DNA of 64,000 nucleotides from Candidatus Rariloculaceae bacterium (GCA_045561055.1 JBJKYL010000010.1:287051-351050); one strand, 5' to 3'; shown: positions 19,438-29,827, counted from the first letter of the stretch. Program-made: numbers and translations. The notes: a model not told the origin generated them from the sequence alone.

Positions 19438-21481
19438 ATGACCACCACAGTAGAAAACAGCACGTCTTCCGTGAGGCCGCCCAGGCGTAAACTTGCCGAT
19501 GCAATTCGTGTTTTGTCCATGGACGCAGTCGAGAATGCGGGTTGTGGTCATCCTGGTATGCCAATGGGTATGGCGGATATTGCTGAGGTCTTGTGGGGCA
19601 ACTATCTTCGCCACAACCCGGCAAATCCATTGTGGCATGACCGTGATCGCTTCGTCCTGTCGAACGGGCACGGCTCCATGTTGTTATATGCGGTTTGCTT
19701 ATCTGCGTGGTTACCCGCTTGAGCTGGAAGAAATCAAGAATTTCCGGCAGTTGGGCCAACGTACCGCGGGGGCATCCTGAGCGCGATCTCGATATAGGTA
19801 TTGAGACGACGACTGGACCGCTTGGTCAGGGGTTCGCAAATGCTGTCGGTATGGCTCTAGGGGAAAAGGTTCTCGCCGCGACTTTCAATCGACTGCCAGA
19901 ACACGACATTGTCAATCATTACACTTATGTTTTTCTGGGTGACGGCTGCATGATGGAGGGTATTTCTCATGAAGCTTGTTCTTTGGCGGGTACGCTCAAG
20001 CTAGGGAAGTTAGTCGCGTTTTACGATGACAACGGCATCTCAATCGATGGTGAGACAGATGGCTGGTTTACCGACGATACTCCGGAGCGATTTCGCGCGT
20101 ACGGTTGGCACGTCGTTGAAGATATCGATGGTCACGATTCCGACAATATCATTGCGGCAGTGGAGGCGGCGCGGGGAGAGTCCGACCGACCAAGCTTGCT
20201 CTGCTGTAAGACAGTGATAGGCTATGGATCGCCTAACAAGCAGGGTACGGCAGATACCCACGGCGCTGCTTTGGGAGCAGACGAGATTGCGGCAACGCGT
20301 GTGAATCTTGGTTGGGAGCATCCGCCTTTCGTCGTACCCGAAGATATTCGCGCAGCATGGGATGGAACTGAGCGAGGATGTGATCTCGAGTCCGACTGGC
20401 AGATGAGATTCGAAGACTATGCGCGGGCAGCATCCCAAATTGGCTGCTGAGTTCTCAAGACGTATGGTCGGTGAGCGGCCCGTTAATTGGTTGGCTAACT
20501 CTTCGGCCGTCGTCGACGCGGTTGCGGGTGAGGCTAAAGATATGGCAACCCGCAAGGCGTCACAGCGAGCGCTTGAGGGGTTCGCGCCGTATTTGCCGGA
20601 ACTCTTTGGCGGTTCAGCGGATTTGACTGGCTCTAACAACACGTTCCATTCCGGTTCCGTAGTTGTTAATACCGATAGTGGCGAAGGAAATTACTTACAT
20701 TTCGGCGTCCGTGAATTCGCCATGGCGGCGATTTCGAATGGCCTTAGTCTCCATGGTGGCTTCATCCCATATAGTGGCACCTTTCTGGTGTTCTCTGATT
20801 ATTCGCGGAACGCGCTGCGTATGGCTGCCTTAATCAAGACTCAGAATATTTTCGTTTTTACTCACGATTCTATCGGTCTCGGCGAAGATGGCCCTACTCA
20901 CCAGCCGATAGAACATATAGCTAGTCTGCGCGCGATGCCTAACATGCACGTGTGGCGTCCCTGCGATGCCGTGGAGACGGCTGTAGCATGGCGGGGAGCG
21001 CTGGAAAAGACGACCGGGCCGACGAGCCTGATTCTTACGCGTCAGAGTCTACCGCATATCCCGCGTACGGCGGATCAGATTGATGCGGTAGCGCGTGGCG
21101 GTTACATTCTTTTCGACAGTGATGTTGAGCCGGAGCTGATTCTCATCGCCACCGGTTCTGAAGTTGGTCTCGCGATGGCTGCTGCTCGACAACTTCAAAG
21201 CGAAGGGTGCCGAGTCCGTGTTGTGTCCATGCCTTTGTACGGAACTCTTTGACGAGCAAAGCGAATCGTATCGGAAGCATGTGCTGCCGCTCGGTGACGC
21301 CCGGCGCCTTGCTATAGAAGCTGGCGCCGCTGACAGCTGGTGGCGCTATGTCGATGGTCGCGGTGATGTCATCGGTATTGCGCGTTTCGGTCAGTCTGCC
21401 CCTGCTGCGGCCCTGTTCGAAGAATACGGCTTCACCGTGCGGGCAGTTACGGCAGCGGCTCAGCGCTTGTTATCAAGTTAA
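19438..21481 (+). pseudogene. tkt: Transketolase, interrupted by four frame changes
   Basis: Highly conserved Tkt sequence sits in four or five ORF pieces: [16 protein letters not shown]; [15 protein letters not shown]; HPE...[10 protein letters not shown]...[12 protein letters not shown]; [10 protein letters not shown]...[15 protein letters not shown]...WRPCD; then the C-terminus from CTELFDEQ. Apart from the frame shifts there are no in-frame stops. Confidence 0.85.
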
Positions 21482-21518
21482 GGAATAGGCGTAATCTTAC
21501 AAGTGAAGGAGACATTAA

Positions 21519-22532
21519 ATGTCCGTGAAAATCGCGATTAACGGCTATGGCCGCATCGGTAGAAATATATTACGCGCTTTGTACGAGGGCGACCGGCGCG
21601 ACGAGCTGCAAATCGTCGCGGTTAATGACCTTGGTGACGCGCATACGAATGCGCATTTGACCCGTTACGATACGGCGCATGGCCCGTTTCCACACGAAAT
21701 TGAAGTAGGCGACGGTGAGTTGATCGTAGCCGGGGATCGAATCAAGGTCTGCGCCGAACGGGACCCAGCCAAACTGCCATGGAAAGAGCTAGGTGTCGAT
21801 ATTGTTCTCGAGAGCACGGGTTTCTTTGCTTCGAAAGAGAAAGCTTCGGCACATCTGGTGGCCGGTGCCCGTAAGGTTGTGATTTCCGCTCCAGCAGGTA
21901 CCGGCGTGGACGCGACTATAGTTTATGGTGTCAATCACCATGTGTTGAAAGCATCCGATGAGGTTATTTCAAATGCTTCCTGCACGACCAATTGCTTAGC
22001 GCCACTCGCAAAGGTTCTTAACGAAACGATCGGTATAGAGCATGGCTTAATGACCACGATTCACTCCTACACGAACGACCAGGTTTTGACTGATGTGTAT
22101 CATTCGGACCTGCGACGCGCGCGTTCCGCGACGTTGTCAATGATCCCTACGAAAACTGGTGCTGCATCGGCTGTCGGTCTGGTCCTACCGGAACTCGAGG
22201 GACGTCTCGATGGGTTCGCGATGCGCGTGCCCACGATTAACGTATCGGTAGTCGATCTCACTTTTACGGCCGGACGTGAAACGACAATCGAGGAGATAGA
22301 TGGGGCTGTTCGTGCGGCGAGCGAAGGGGAGTTGAAGGGTATTCTGGCTTACTGCGAGGAGCCGTTGGTATCTATCGACTTCAATCACAATCCGGCATCC
22401 TCGGTTTACGATGCCGGGCTGACGAAGATACTCGAAGGGAAGCTCGTAAAGGTTTGCGCATGGTATGACAATGAGTGGGGGTTCTCTAATCGCATGCTCG
22501 ACACGACGATCGCTTTGGCCAACACAGCATAG
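21519..22532 (+). CDS. gap: Glyceraldehyde-3-phosphate dehydrogenase (type I)
   Basis: 337 aa with INGYGRIGR, the [12 protein letters not shown] catalytic Cys, and WYDNEWGFS. Confidence 0.95.
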   Translation: MSVKIAINGYGRIGRNILRALYEGDRRDELQIVAVNDLGDAHTNAHLTRYDTAHGPFPHEIEVGDGELIVAGDRIKVCAERDPAKLPWKELGVDIVLESTGFFASKEKASAHLVAGARKVVISAPAGTGVDATIVYGVNHHVLKASDEVISNASCTTNCLAPLAKVLNETIGIEHGLMTTIHSYTNDQVLTDVYHSDLRRARSATLSMIPTKTGAASAVGLVLPELEGRLDGFAMRVPTINVSVVDLTFTAGRETTIEEIDGAVRAASEGELKGILAYCEEPLVSIDFNHNPASSVYDAGLTKILEGKLVKVCAWYDNEWGFSNRMLDTTIALANTA

Positions 22533-22567
22533 TTGGTTGTAGAACTATATTGCTAGCCGTCAAGCAC

Positions 22568-23722
22568 ATGAACGAGTTGGTGCTCGAGAGGCAGTGGGTG
22601 CTTATTAGAGAGGACCTGAACGTGCCGATTAGTGACGGTAAGGTGGCGAATAATAAGCGGCTCAGAGCCGCCTTGCCCACAATCGAATACGCACTTCAAT
22701 GCGACGCTCGCGTGGTACTACTCTCGCATCTAGGTCGGCCTCAAGAAGGTTTGTACGATACAAAATTGTCGCTGGAGCCGGTAGCGGATGAGCTTTCAGA
22801 AATGCTTGGTAGGCCGGTCCCTCTTGCCCGCGATTGGTTGGACGGGCTCGACGTTGCACCGGGTAGTGTGGTGCTCTGTGAAAATGTACGCTTCGAGGTT
22901 GGTGAAAACAAAAATGACGATAGGCTGGCGCGTCGGATCGCGGCGTTATGTGACATCTATGTCATGGATGCTTTCGGTACGGCCCACCGCGAAGACGCAA
23001 GCACGTATGGGGTCGGGTGGCACGCGCCCATCGTTTGCGCAGGTCCTCTGCTCGTAAACGAGGTGGAGGCGCTGGAGAGGGTGTTGGAAAACCTTGCGCG
23101 GCCCGTTGTAGCCATCATCGGCGGTTCAAAAATCTCTACTAAGTTTGAAGTGCTGAGTTCTCTAGCATCTTCAGTTGATGAGTTGATTGTCGGCGGTGGT
23201 ATTGCAAATACTCTCCTCGCAGCAGCGGGGGTAAACGTCGGTGAGTCGGTTCAGGAAGTTCAGATGCGCCATTTGGCATCCCAATTGCTGGATGGGAAAT
23301 TCGGTGACGCTATTGTGCCGCTGCCTACGGACGTGGTGGTCGGCAAGTCACTAGATGTGGAAGCGCGTGGTGAGATCAAATGGACGGCTGATGTTGTCGG
23401 TGGCGAGATGATTCTCGATATCGGCCCGGATACGGCGCTCACTTATGCAGAGCGGCTCGGTAACGCTGGCACGATTCTCTGGAATGGGCCAGTCGGCGTG
23501 TTTGAATGTCCCGAATTTGCGGAGGGAACGCGGAGTGTCGCGCGAGCCGTGGCCGCGAGTAAAGCGTTCTCGATTGCAGGTGGCGGAGATACCCTGGCAG
23601 CGATTGAGCAGTTCGATGTGATGGACGATATCTCACTTATCTCGACAGGCGGCGGCGCATTGCTGGAATTTTTCACGGGTAAAAAGTTGCCTGCTTTAGA
23701 AATGTTGGGGGCGCGTGCCTGA
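22568..23722 (+). CDS. pgk: Phosphoglycerate kinase
   Basis: Motifs LIREDLNVP, LSHLGRP and GGGDT. ATG 22568 is preferred to the TTG at 22550. Confidence 0.95.
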   Translation: MNELVLERQWVLIREDLNVPISDGKVANNKRLRAALPTIEYALQCDARVVLLSHLGRPQEGLYDTKLSLEPVADELSEMLGRPVPLARDWLDGLDVAPGSVVLCENVRFEVGENKNDDRLARRIAALCDIYVMDAFGTAHREDASTYGVGWHAPIVCAGPLLVNEVEALERVLENLARPVVAIIGGSKISTKFEVLSSLASSVDELIVGGGIANTLLAAAGVNVGESVQEVQMRHLASQLLDGKFGDAIVPLPTDVVVGKSLDVEARGEIKWTADVVGGEMILDIGPDTALTYAERLGNAGTILWNGPVGVFECPEFAEGTRSVARAVAASKAFSIAGGGDTLAAIEQFDVMDDISLISTGGGALLEFFTGKKLPALEMLGARA

Positions 23723-25034
23723 TACGACTACTGTATTACCCAATCTCGCCGTGGTTGGGGTACGGTCTGCATTAGGCGCTTTCCGCTGCGCGATTGAAGC
23801 TGCCTCTCCTCAGCGCTGTTTAACTGCATCCTATATTCCAGATGGGGACCTGGTGGTTCTCGGCACGGGGAAAGCGGCCGTTGCGATGGCAATTGTCGTC
23901 AACGAGCATGCGTCGGGACAAGTAAGCGGGTTAGTCGTGACCCGCTACGGTCACGGGCTGCTCCCCGAGGAGACGGTGGGGCAGATCGAGATAATGGAAG
24001 CAGGGCACCCGCTCCCAGACGATGAGAGTGCGGTAGCAGGGCAGCGGCTCCTGGAGTTTGCAGAGAAACTTGGGTCGGATAACACGCTGGTGTTCCTTGT
24101 TTCAGGAGGCGGTTCCGCACTCTCGATCGCCCCTCTCGGCGCTGTCACCTTGGAACAAAAGCGGTCTGCTACGGATTATCTAATGCGCGTTGGCGCCGAT
24201 ATTCGCGATATCAACTGTGTGCGCAGGCATTTATCTGCGCTAAAAGGCGGACGACTAGCACAGGCAGCTCATCCCGCTCGTGTGACAACTCTTGCAATCT
24301 CTGATGTGCCGGGTGATGTGATTAGTGATATCGCTTCTGGGCCAACGATTCCAGACAATTCGACAGCCATACAGGCAGCGGAAATTCTGACTCGGCACGA
24401 CTATCCTAGGCGGGATGAGCTCGCGGCTGTATTGATGGATTCGCGTTATAGCTCGCCTGATCCCGAGGACACGGCATTCACGCTTGATTCGGCTGAGATA
24501 ATTGCATCATCGAGAATCTCTTTGGATGCTGCGCAAGATGAACTTGAGTCCGCTGGCTACGCCGTTCACCGACTGGGCGATCATCTCACTGATATCGCTC
24601 GCGATCTGGGGCGCGTGCATGCGAGGCTGGCTATAGAGTTTGCGAATACTAATCTCCCAGTGGCGATACTCTCCGGAGGTGAGACGCGGGTAGTGGTTGG
24701 TGAAAAGGCAGGACGAGGAGGGCGTAATCTCGAATATCTTGCCGGACTTGCACTTCAGCTGGATGGTCATGAGAACATCGTCGCGATAGCTGCTGACACC
24801 GATGGAATTGACGGTAACGCGGATCATGCCGGTGCTATTGTTACACCAGCCACGTTAGCTCTCGGTAGAGAATCCGGCTTGGATCTTGTCGACTTGCTTA
24901 ATCAGAATGACACGTATCGTTATTTTCAAGCGTGTAAACTTCTACTCGTAACTGGACCAACGAGAACCAACGTTAACGATTTTCGTTTGATCCTCATCAA
25001 CCCCTTGCATGAAGTTGATTCTAATGGTTGCTGA
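23715..25034 (+). CDS. Glycerate 2-kinase / hydroxypyruvate reductase family protein (DUF4147 + MOFRL)
   Basis: 439 aa. Motifs VLGTGKAAVAMA, LVSGGGSAL, LSALKGGRL and SGGETRV...GRGGRN.E are typical of the TtuD/GckA family. The GTG start overlaps the pgk stop by 8 nt. Confidence 0.7.
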   Translation: MPDTTTVLPNLAVVGVRSALGAFRCAIEAASPQRCLTASYIPDGDLVVLGTGKAAVAMAIVVNEHASGQVSGLVVTRYGHGLLPEETVGQIEIMEAGHPLPDDESAVAGQRLLEFAEKLGSDNTLVFLVSGGGSALSIAPLGAVTLEQKRSATDYLMRVGADIRDINCVRRHLSALKGGRLAQAAHPARVTTLAISDVPGDVISDIASGPTIPDNSTAIQAAEILTRHDYPRRDELAAVLMDSRYSSPDPEDTAFTLDSAEIIASSRISLDAAQDELESAGYAVHRLGDHLTDIARDLGRVHARLAIEFANTNLPVAILSGGETRVVVGEKAGRGGRNLEYLAGLALQLDGHENIVAIAADTDGIDGNADHAGAIVTPATLALGRESGLDLVDLLNQNDTYRYFQACKLLLVTGPTRTNVNDFRLILINPLHEVDSNGC

Positions 25035-26499
25035 AGTAAAAGAGATACCGTTGCGTCGTACTAAAATTGTCGCCACGCTTGGCCCTGCTACGGACGATCC
25101 GATTGTGTTGGAAAATATGATTCGCGCCGGTGTTGATGTCTTGCGGATAAATTTTTCCCACGGAGTTACTAAAGACCGGGCTGAGCGTGTCGCAAAGGTG
25201 CGTGCAGTTGCAAAAAAGATAGGGCGGGATGTTGCGATCATGGGTGATCTACAAGGGGGTAAAATCCGTATCGAATCGTTCGTATCGAGCCCTATCGAGC
25301 TTATAGAAGGAGAGTCTTTCGCACTGGATGCAGCGATTAGCCCGAATGCAGGTTCGCGCGAAGCGGTGGGAGTGGGCTATTCGAATCTCGCAAAGGAAGT
25401 CGCTGAGGGTGATGTGCTGCTGCTAGACGATGGCCGCGTCGTGCTCGATGTGGAGAAAATAAGCGGCACGCGCGTGCATTGCCGGGTAAGGCACGGCGGT
25501 AAGCTTTCTGACAACAAAGGCGTGAACAGGCAAGGCGGCGGACTATCAGCGCCGGCGCTCACGAACAAAGACCGCGCGGATATCAAAATTGTTGCAGAAC
25601 TCGGCTTCGATTTCCTATCCATATCTTTTGCGCGTGATGCCGCTGACATCGATGAGGCACGCAGCTTGTTACGCCATGCCGGAAGCGAAGCTCATGTCGT
25701 CGCTAAAATCGAGCGCGCTGAAGCCGTAGAGAACATCGAAGATATTATCGATGCTAGTGACGTCATTATGGTTGCGCGGGGTGACCTTGCAGTAGAGGTC
25801 GGTTACGCGGCTATGACAGGTTTACAGAAAGCGTTGATTCGAAACGCTCGGGCACGTAACTGTGTTTCGATAACCGCAACGCAAATGCTTGAATCAATGA
25901 TTAGCCAGACGACTCCAACCCGCGCAGAAGTGTCCGATGTGGCCAATGCTGTCATGGACGGCACTGATGCCGTGATGCTGTCGGCTGAGACCGCGGTTGG
26001 GCGCTATCCTGTTCAGGCCGTGCGGACCATGAGCGAGGTATGTGTAGGAGCAGAGAAACATGAGGTTTTCAAACGAGCAAGAAATCTCCGGCTAGAGGAT
26101 GCGTTCGATCGGGTAGATGAAGCCATCGCTATCGCGGCAATGTTTGTGGCTAATCACCTTAACGTCAAGGGGATTATTGCGTTAACTGAGTCAGGAGCGA
26201 CGACGCTGTGGATGTCGCGTCTAAGATCGGAGATTCCGATCTATGCATTCACTCGGCATGAGACAACGCGGCGGCGTGTCATGCTTTATCGTGGTGTATA
26301 TCCAGAGAGTATCGAAATCATCCATACTGATCCCGCTATCATGCATCAGAGCGTATTCGATGTGCTACTGCGAGATGGGATTATGTGTCCAGGTGATCTG
26401 GCTTTGTTCACGACAGGTGATTTGTGCGGTGTCGCAGGACAAACCAATACATTACAGATTATAGAAATTCCGTCGGGGGCCTCCTCCCCCACCACGTGA
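25009..26499 (+). CDS. pykA: Pyruvate kinase (PykA-like)
   Basis: Motifs RRTKIVATLGPAT, INFSHG, MVARGDLAVE and TQMLESM. The start is ambiguous (ATG 25009 or 25024) and overlaps the preceding gene. Confidence 0.9.
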   Translation: MKLILMVAEVKEIPLRRTKIVATLGPATDDPIVLENMIRAGVDVLRINFSHGVTKDRAERVAKVRAVAKKIGRDVAIMGDLQGGKIRIESFVSSPIELIEGESFALDAAISPNAGSREAVGVGYSNLAKEVAEGDVLLLDDGRVVLDVEKISGTRVHCRVRHGGKLSDNKGVNRQGGGLSAPALTNKDRADIKIVAELGFDFLSISFARDAADIDEARSLLRHAGSEAHVVAKIERAEAVENIEDIIDASDVIMVARGDLAVEVGYAAMTGLQKALIRNARARNCVSITATQMLESMISQTTPTRAEVSDVANAVMDGTDAVMLSAETAVGRYPVQAVRTMSEVCVGAEKHEVFKRARNLRLEDAFDRVDEAIAIAAMFVANHLNVKGIIALTESGATTLWMSRLRSEIPIYAFTRHETTRRRVMLYRGVYPESIEIIHTDPAIMHQSVFDVLLRDGIMCPGDLALFTTGDLCGVAGQTNTLQIIEIPSGASSPTT

Positions 26500-26520
26500 C
26501 TAATAAGTTTCTCAAGGCGT

Positions 26521-27018
26521 CTATTCTTCCAGGTGCCGGTGCGGGCGGAGCATATCAAATCGACGCATTAAAATGATGGAGGATCTGAATCTAGATATTC
26601 TCCTTTGACAAACTTGTGGCAAGGCCCCTGCGATATATTCAGAGCGAAGTTGATCGCCTGTGCAGCCTATCGCTATGGTGAGATAGGAGCATTGGAAGTC
26701 CCGACAAAATGAGATCAAGTCACGCAGAAAGTCGCCGATATTTTCAATCATCTTCTGTACCTGTTTTTGTCCATTTAAAAAATCGCGAACGGGTTTATCT
26801 TTGCCATTTAGCAGCCTGAGTTTCGGTTCCTAATACGGGTTGGGTAAGCAGAGTACGTCAAAGACAAAATCGGCATCCGCCGGTAGGCTGTGCTTGTAGC
26901 CAAACGACTCTATTAGTATTGAAAGTGCGGTATCTTTGCGCTTACCGATATGCTCTTTAACCAGTTGACGTAAGTCATAAACCGCCATCGTGCTTGTATC
27001 GATGATGAGATCGACGGG
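26521..27018 (-). pseudogene. rapZ: RNase adapter protein RapZ (YhbJ), N-terminally truncated and decayed
   Basis: The minus strand reads DLIIDTSTMAVYDLRQLV...ESFGYKHSLPADADFVFDV..LPNPY*EPKLR...SYLTIAIGCTGDQLRSEYIA. The Walker-A N-terminus is missing. An in-frame TAG (26830-26832) sits where family members have the Trp of NP.W.P.LR, and another stop lies at 27019-27021. The GCTGG.HRSV motif is degraded. Confidence 0.75.
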
Positions 27019-27098
27019 CTAGTGGCCATCAGCTTCGAAATTAATATCCTCACTGCGGCTTGGAAGAGCTCTAACCCCCCCCCTCCTCTACGCGGCCC

Positions 27099-28466
27099 TC
27101 AGAAAGTCTTTTTGCCTGCTAGTTTGTTGCGTTTTCGCTCGCTCGAGGGGGGAATCTTCATTCCTTCCCTGTATTTGGCGACGGTTCTGCGTGCAACATG
27201 AATTCCTGCGCCAGAGAGGGCTTTCGCAATCTGATTGTCGCTCAAAGGTCTCTCGGGCCTCTCTTCACCGATAAACTTACGAATCTTTGAGCGCACGGCT
27301 GTTGAGGATAGTTCGCCATCTTTGCTAGTGAGATGACTCGAGAAGAAATAGCGGAACTCGAATATACCGCGCGGCGTATGCATGTATTTGTTAGTGGTTA
27401 CACGGGAGACAGTGGATTCGTGCATTTCAATCGACTCTGAGATATCTTTTAATATCATCGGACGCATGTGTTCATCGCCATGTTCCAGAAACTCTACTTG
27501 GCGATCCACTATGGTTTTGGCTACCTTGAGCAGCGTTTCGTTACGAATTTCGAGGCTGCGAATAAACCAACGGGCCTCTTGCAACTGGGTCCTAAGATCA
27601 TCGTATTCGTTATTGCGTCCGAGATATCTTACATAGGACTCGTTTATCTTGAGTTGCGGCGAAATTGAATTATTAATTTCGACAAGCCATGTGCCGTCAG
27701 TCGGTCGTACATAAACGTCTGGCACGATATATTCGGCTGCCTGTGCGTTTATAGATGAACCAGGGCGTGGATGGCACGAGCGTACGAGCGCCAATGCGTC
27801 GTTGAGTTCCTCATCGCTAGTGTCTAGCCGCCGCTTGAGCGCAGCGAACTTATGTTTTGCGACCAGCTCCAAGTATTTTTGAGCGATCTTAACTGCGAGC
27901 ACGAGCCCTGGCGTGTCCGGATCGAGGTGTCGAAGCTGCAGTAACAAGCATTCACTGGGTGATCTAGCTCCCACACCAACAGGGTCCAATCGTTGAACAA
28001 TCTCTAGGACAGTTTTTATTTCTTCCGCTGTTACGTCGATATCAGGGGCTAGCGTTGCCTGGATAGCCTCGATTTCCTCTGTTAAATAGCCATCTTCACT
28101 GATGCCATCAACGATGCCCTGTCCGATTGCGGTTGCGCGGGCATCCAAGTTCTCTATATCTAACTGCCAGAGCAGGCGATCTTTGAGCGAACCCACGGAA
28201 TAGTCAGCAAAGTCTTTCTGATTTTTTGGATCATTGGACGCTAGTGATTCTAATGGTCTAATTCTTTGAGTGTCTCTCCATTCTGACTCATTGATACCAG
28301 TGTCGGTGGTCTCATCTACCTCCAACATTACGTTTTCTTCGAGCGCCACCAGAATCTGGGTTTGCAGATCCATGATCGGGAGCTGCAATAGTCGAATAGC
28401 CTGCTGCAGCTGCGGTGTCATCGTCAACTGCTGAGATAGCTGAGGCTGTAGAGAAGGTTTTAACAT
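27099..28466 (-). CDS. rpoN: RNA polymerase sigma-54 factor
   Basis: 455 aa. N-terminal Gln-rich region I (MTPQLQQAIRLLQL) and the C-terminal RpoN box ARRTVAKYRE. Confidence 0.95.
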   Translation of the reverse strand: MLKPSLQPQLSQQLTMTPQLQQAIRLLQLPIMDLQTQILVALEENVMLEVDETTDTGINESEWRDTQRIRPLESLASNDPKNQKDFADYSVGSLKDRLLWQLDIENLDARATAIGQGIVDGISEDGYLTEEIEAIQATLAPDIDVTAEEIKTVLEIVQRLDPVGVGARSPSECLLLQLRHLDPDTPGLVLAVKIAQKYLELVAKHKFAALKRRLDTSDEELNDALALVRSCHPRPGSSINAQAAEYIVPDVYVRPTDGTWLVEINNSISPQLKINESYVRYLGRNNEYDDLRTQLQEARWFIRSLEIRNETLLKVAKTIVDRQVEFLEHGDEHMRPMILKDISESIEMHESTVSRVTTNKYMHTPRGIFEFRYFFSSHLTSKDGELSSTAVRSKIRKFIGEERPERPLSDNQIAKALSGAGIHVARRTVAKYREGMKIPPSSERKRNKLAGKKTF

Positions 28467-28481
28467 TCTTCGGCCCGGAGC

Positions 28482-29207
28482 TTAAAGCGAGAAACCCTCC
28501 CCAAGGTAGACTTCGCGTACATTCTGATTTGAAAGAATTTCGTCTGGGTTTCCCGAGGCCATTAGCCCCCCTTCATTGAGAATGTAAGCGCGCCCGCAGA
28601 TTCCAAGTGTCTCGCGCACATTGTGATCGGTTATCAATACTCCGATACTGCGCTGGGCCAGGTGTTGAATAATGCGTTGGATATCGATCACTGAGATAGG
28701 GTCTACACCGGCAAATGGCTCGTCGAGGAGAATAAATTGCGGTTCAGCTGCCAGTGCTCGCGCGATTTCTACTCGCCGCCGCTCTCCACCAGAGAGTGAT
28801 AACCCAAGGCTATTTCTGACATGGGTTATATGCAGCTCCTCCAGCAGTTCCTCTAGCAGATTCTGTCGATCTACACGGTTGAGGTCGCGACGTGTTTGTA
28901 GGATAGAGCGAATATTGTCCGCGACCGTCAACTTGCTAAAAATCGACGCTTCCTGTGGAAGATAACCTAACCCGCGACGCGCGCGCTGGTGTACTGGTAG
29001 ATCCGTAATGTCCTTATCGTTTAGCACGATTCGTCCCTGGTCGCACCGAATGAGTCCTACAATCATATAGAAAGCTGTGGTTTTGCCTGCGCCGTTGGGA
29101 CCGAGAAGCCCGACGATCTCGCTGTTGTTAATGGAGATCGATAGGTCTCTGACTACTTCACGTGAGCGGTAGCGCTTAGCGATCTGGAGCGCCTCCAGTT
29201 TGTTCAT
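28482..29207 (-). CDS. lptB: LPS export ABC transporter ATP-binding protein
   Basis: Walker [10 protein letters not shown], signature LSGGERRR and Walker B ILLDEP. ATG 29207 forms an ATGA overlap with the lptA stop. The track's upstream start at 29279 is rejected. Confidence 0.95.
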   Translation of the reverse strand: MNKLEALQIAKRYRSREVVRDLSISINNSEIVGLLGPNGAGKTTAFYMIVGLIRCDQGRIVLNDKDITDLPVHQRARRGLGYLPQEASIFSKLTVADNIRSILQTRRDLNRVDRQNLLEELLEELHITHVRNSLGLSLSGGERRRVEIARALAAEPQFILLDEPFAGVDPISVIDIQRIIQHLAQRSIGVLITDHNVRETLGICGRAYILNEGGLMASGNPDEILSNQNVREVYLGEGFSL

Positions 29208-29827
29208 TGCAGCGGTGAGGGTTCCGGCGTAACGCCGTCGGCTGGAGGGACGATGGTAATAAAGAGAGGGGTACCGCACTCGGAGGAGCCAGACGTGAGT
29301 TTCTCTTGGTCGAGATTGTAGATTAGATCGCAGCCAGAAATGTCATTCGATCCTTCGCTGAGCCGCGCCTCTTTGGTCATGCGTAGCGTGTTGTCCTCTT
29401 TGTGATAGCTCAACAGATTTGCGCTACCGCGTATCGGTTGCATACGCGAGTCACTTAGATCTTCAAATTCGGCTGGGTTGCCTTGCAGATTTACGACCAC
29501 GAGTTTGTGAGCTTCAAAAGTAAGCTCTGCACTACTTGCCACAATATTTGTAGATCCGACTGAGATTCTAACGTTGCCGTCAAATCGCCACTCGCTTCTA
29601 TCGAAGTCAAGTCCCGACGCTACGGCCTCGTCGGACCGAATCACTATGTCTCCCTGAGTGATCTGAAGACCCTGAAATACAACAGTCTCGGTCTTCTGAT
29701 CAAAGGAAGACGATTCGGCGTCTAAAAGGATAGGCAAAGCCTCGTCTTCCTCTGCTCCATAAGTGTACGGTGATAGTAAGAGCAGAACGATGCTAAAGCC
29801 GCTAAATTTAAGGATCAAATTGACCAT
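29204..29827 (-). CDS. lptA: LPS transport periplasmic protein LptA (OstA-like)
   Basis: 207 aa with a signal peptide and beta-jellyroll OstA-like repeats. It sits between lptC and lptB. Confidence 0.8.
   Translation of the reverse strand: MVNLILKFSGFSIVLLLLSPYTYGAEEDEALPILLDAESSSFDQKTETVVFQGLQITQGDIVIRSDEAVASGLDFDRSEWRFDGNVRISVGSTNIVASSAELTFEAHKLVVVNLQGNPAEFEDLSDSRMQPIRGSANLLSYHKEDNTLRMTKEARLSEGSNDISGCDLIYNLDQEKLTSGSSECGTPLFITIVPPADGVTPEPSPLQ

Noticed and set aside
16830-21481. Programmed ribosomal frameshifting or recoding as the explanation for the broken mpl, cpdA and tkt frames
   Set aside because: There are too many shifts per gene, in both directions. None has a slippery heptamer plus downstream structure, and no precedent exists for these families. 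Sequence error or pseudogenisation is far more parsimonious.
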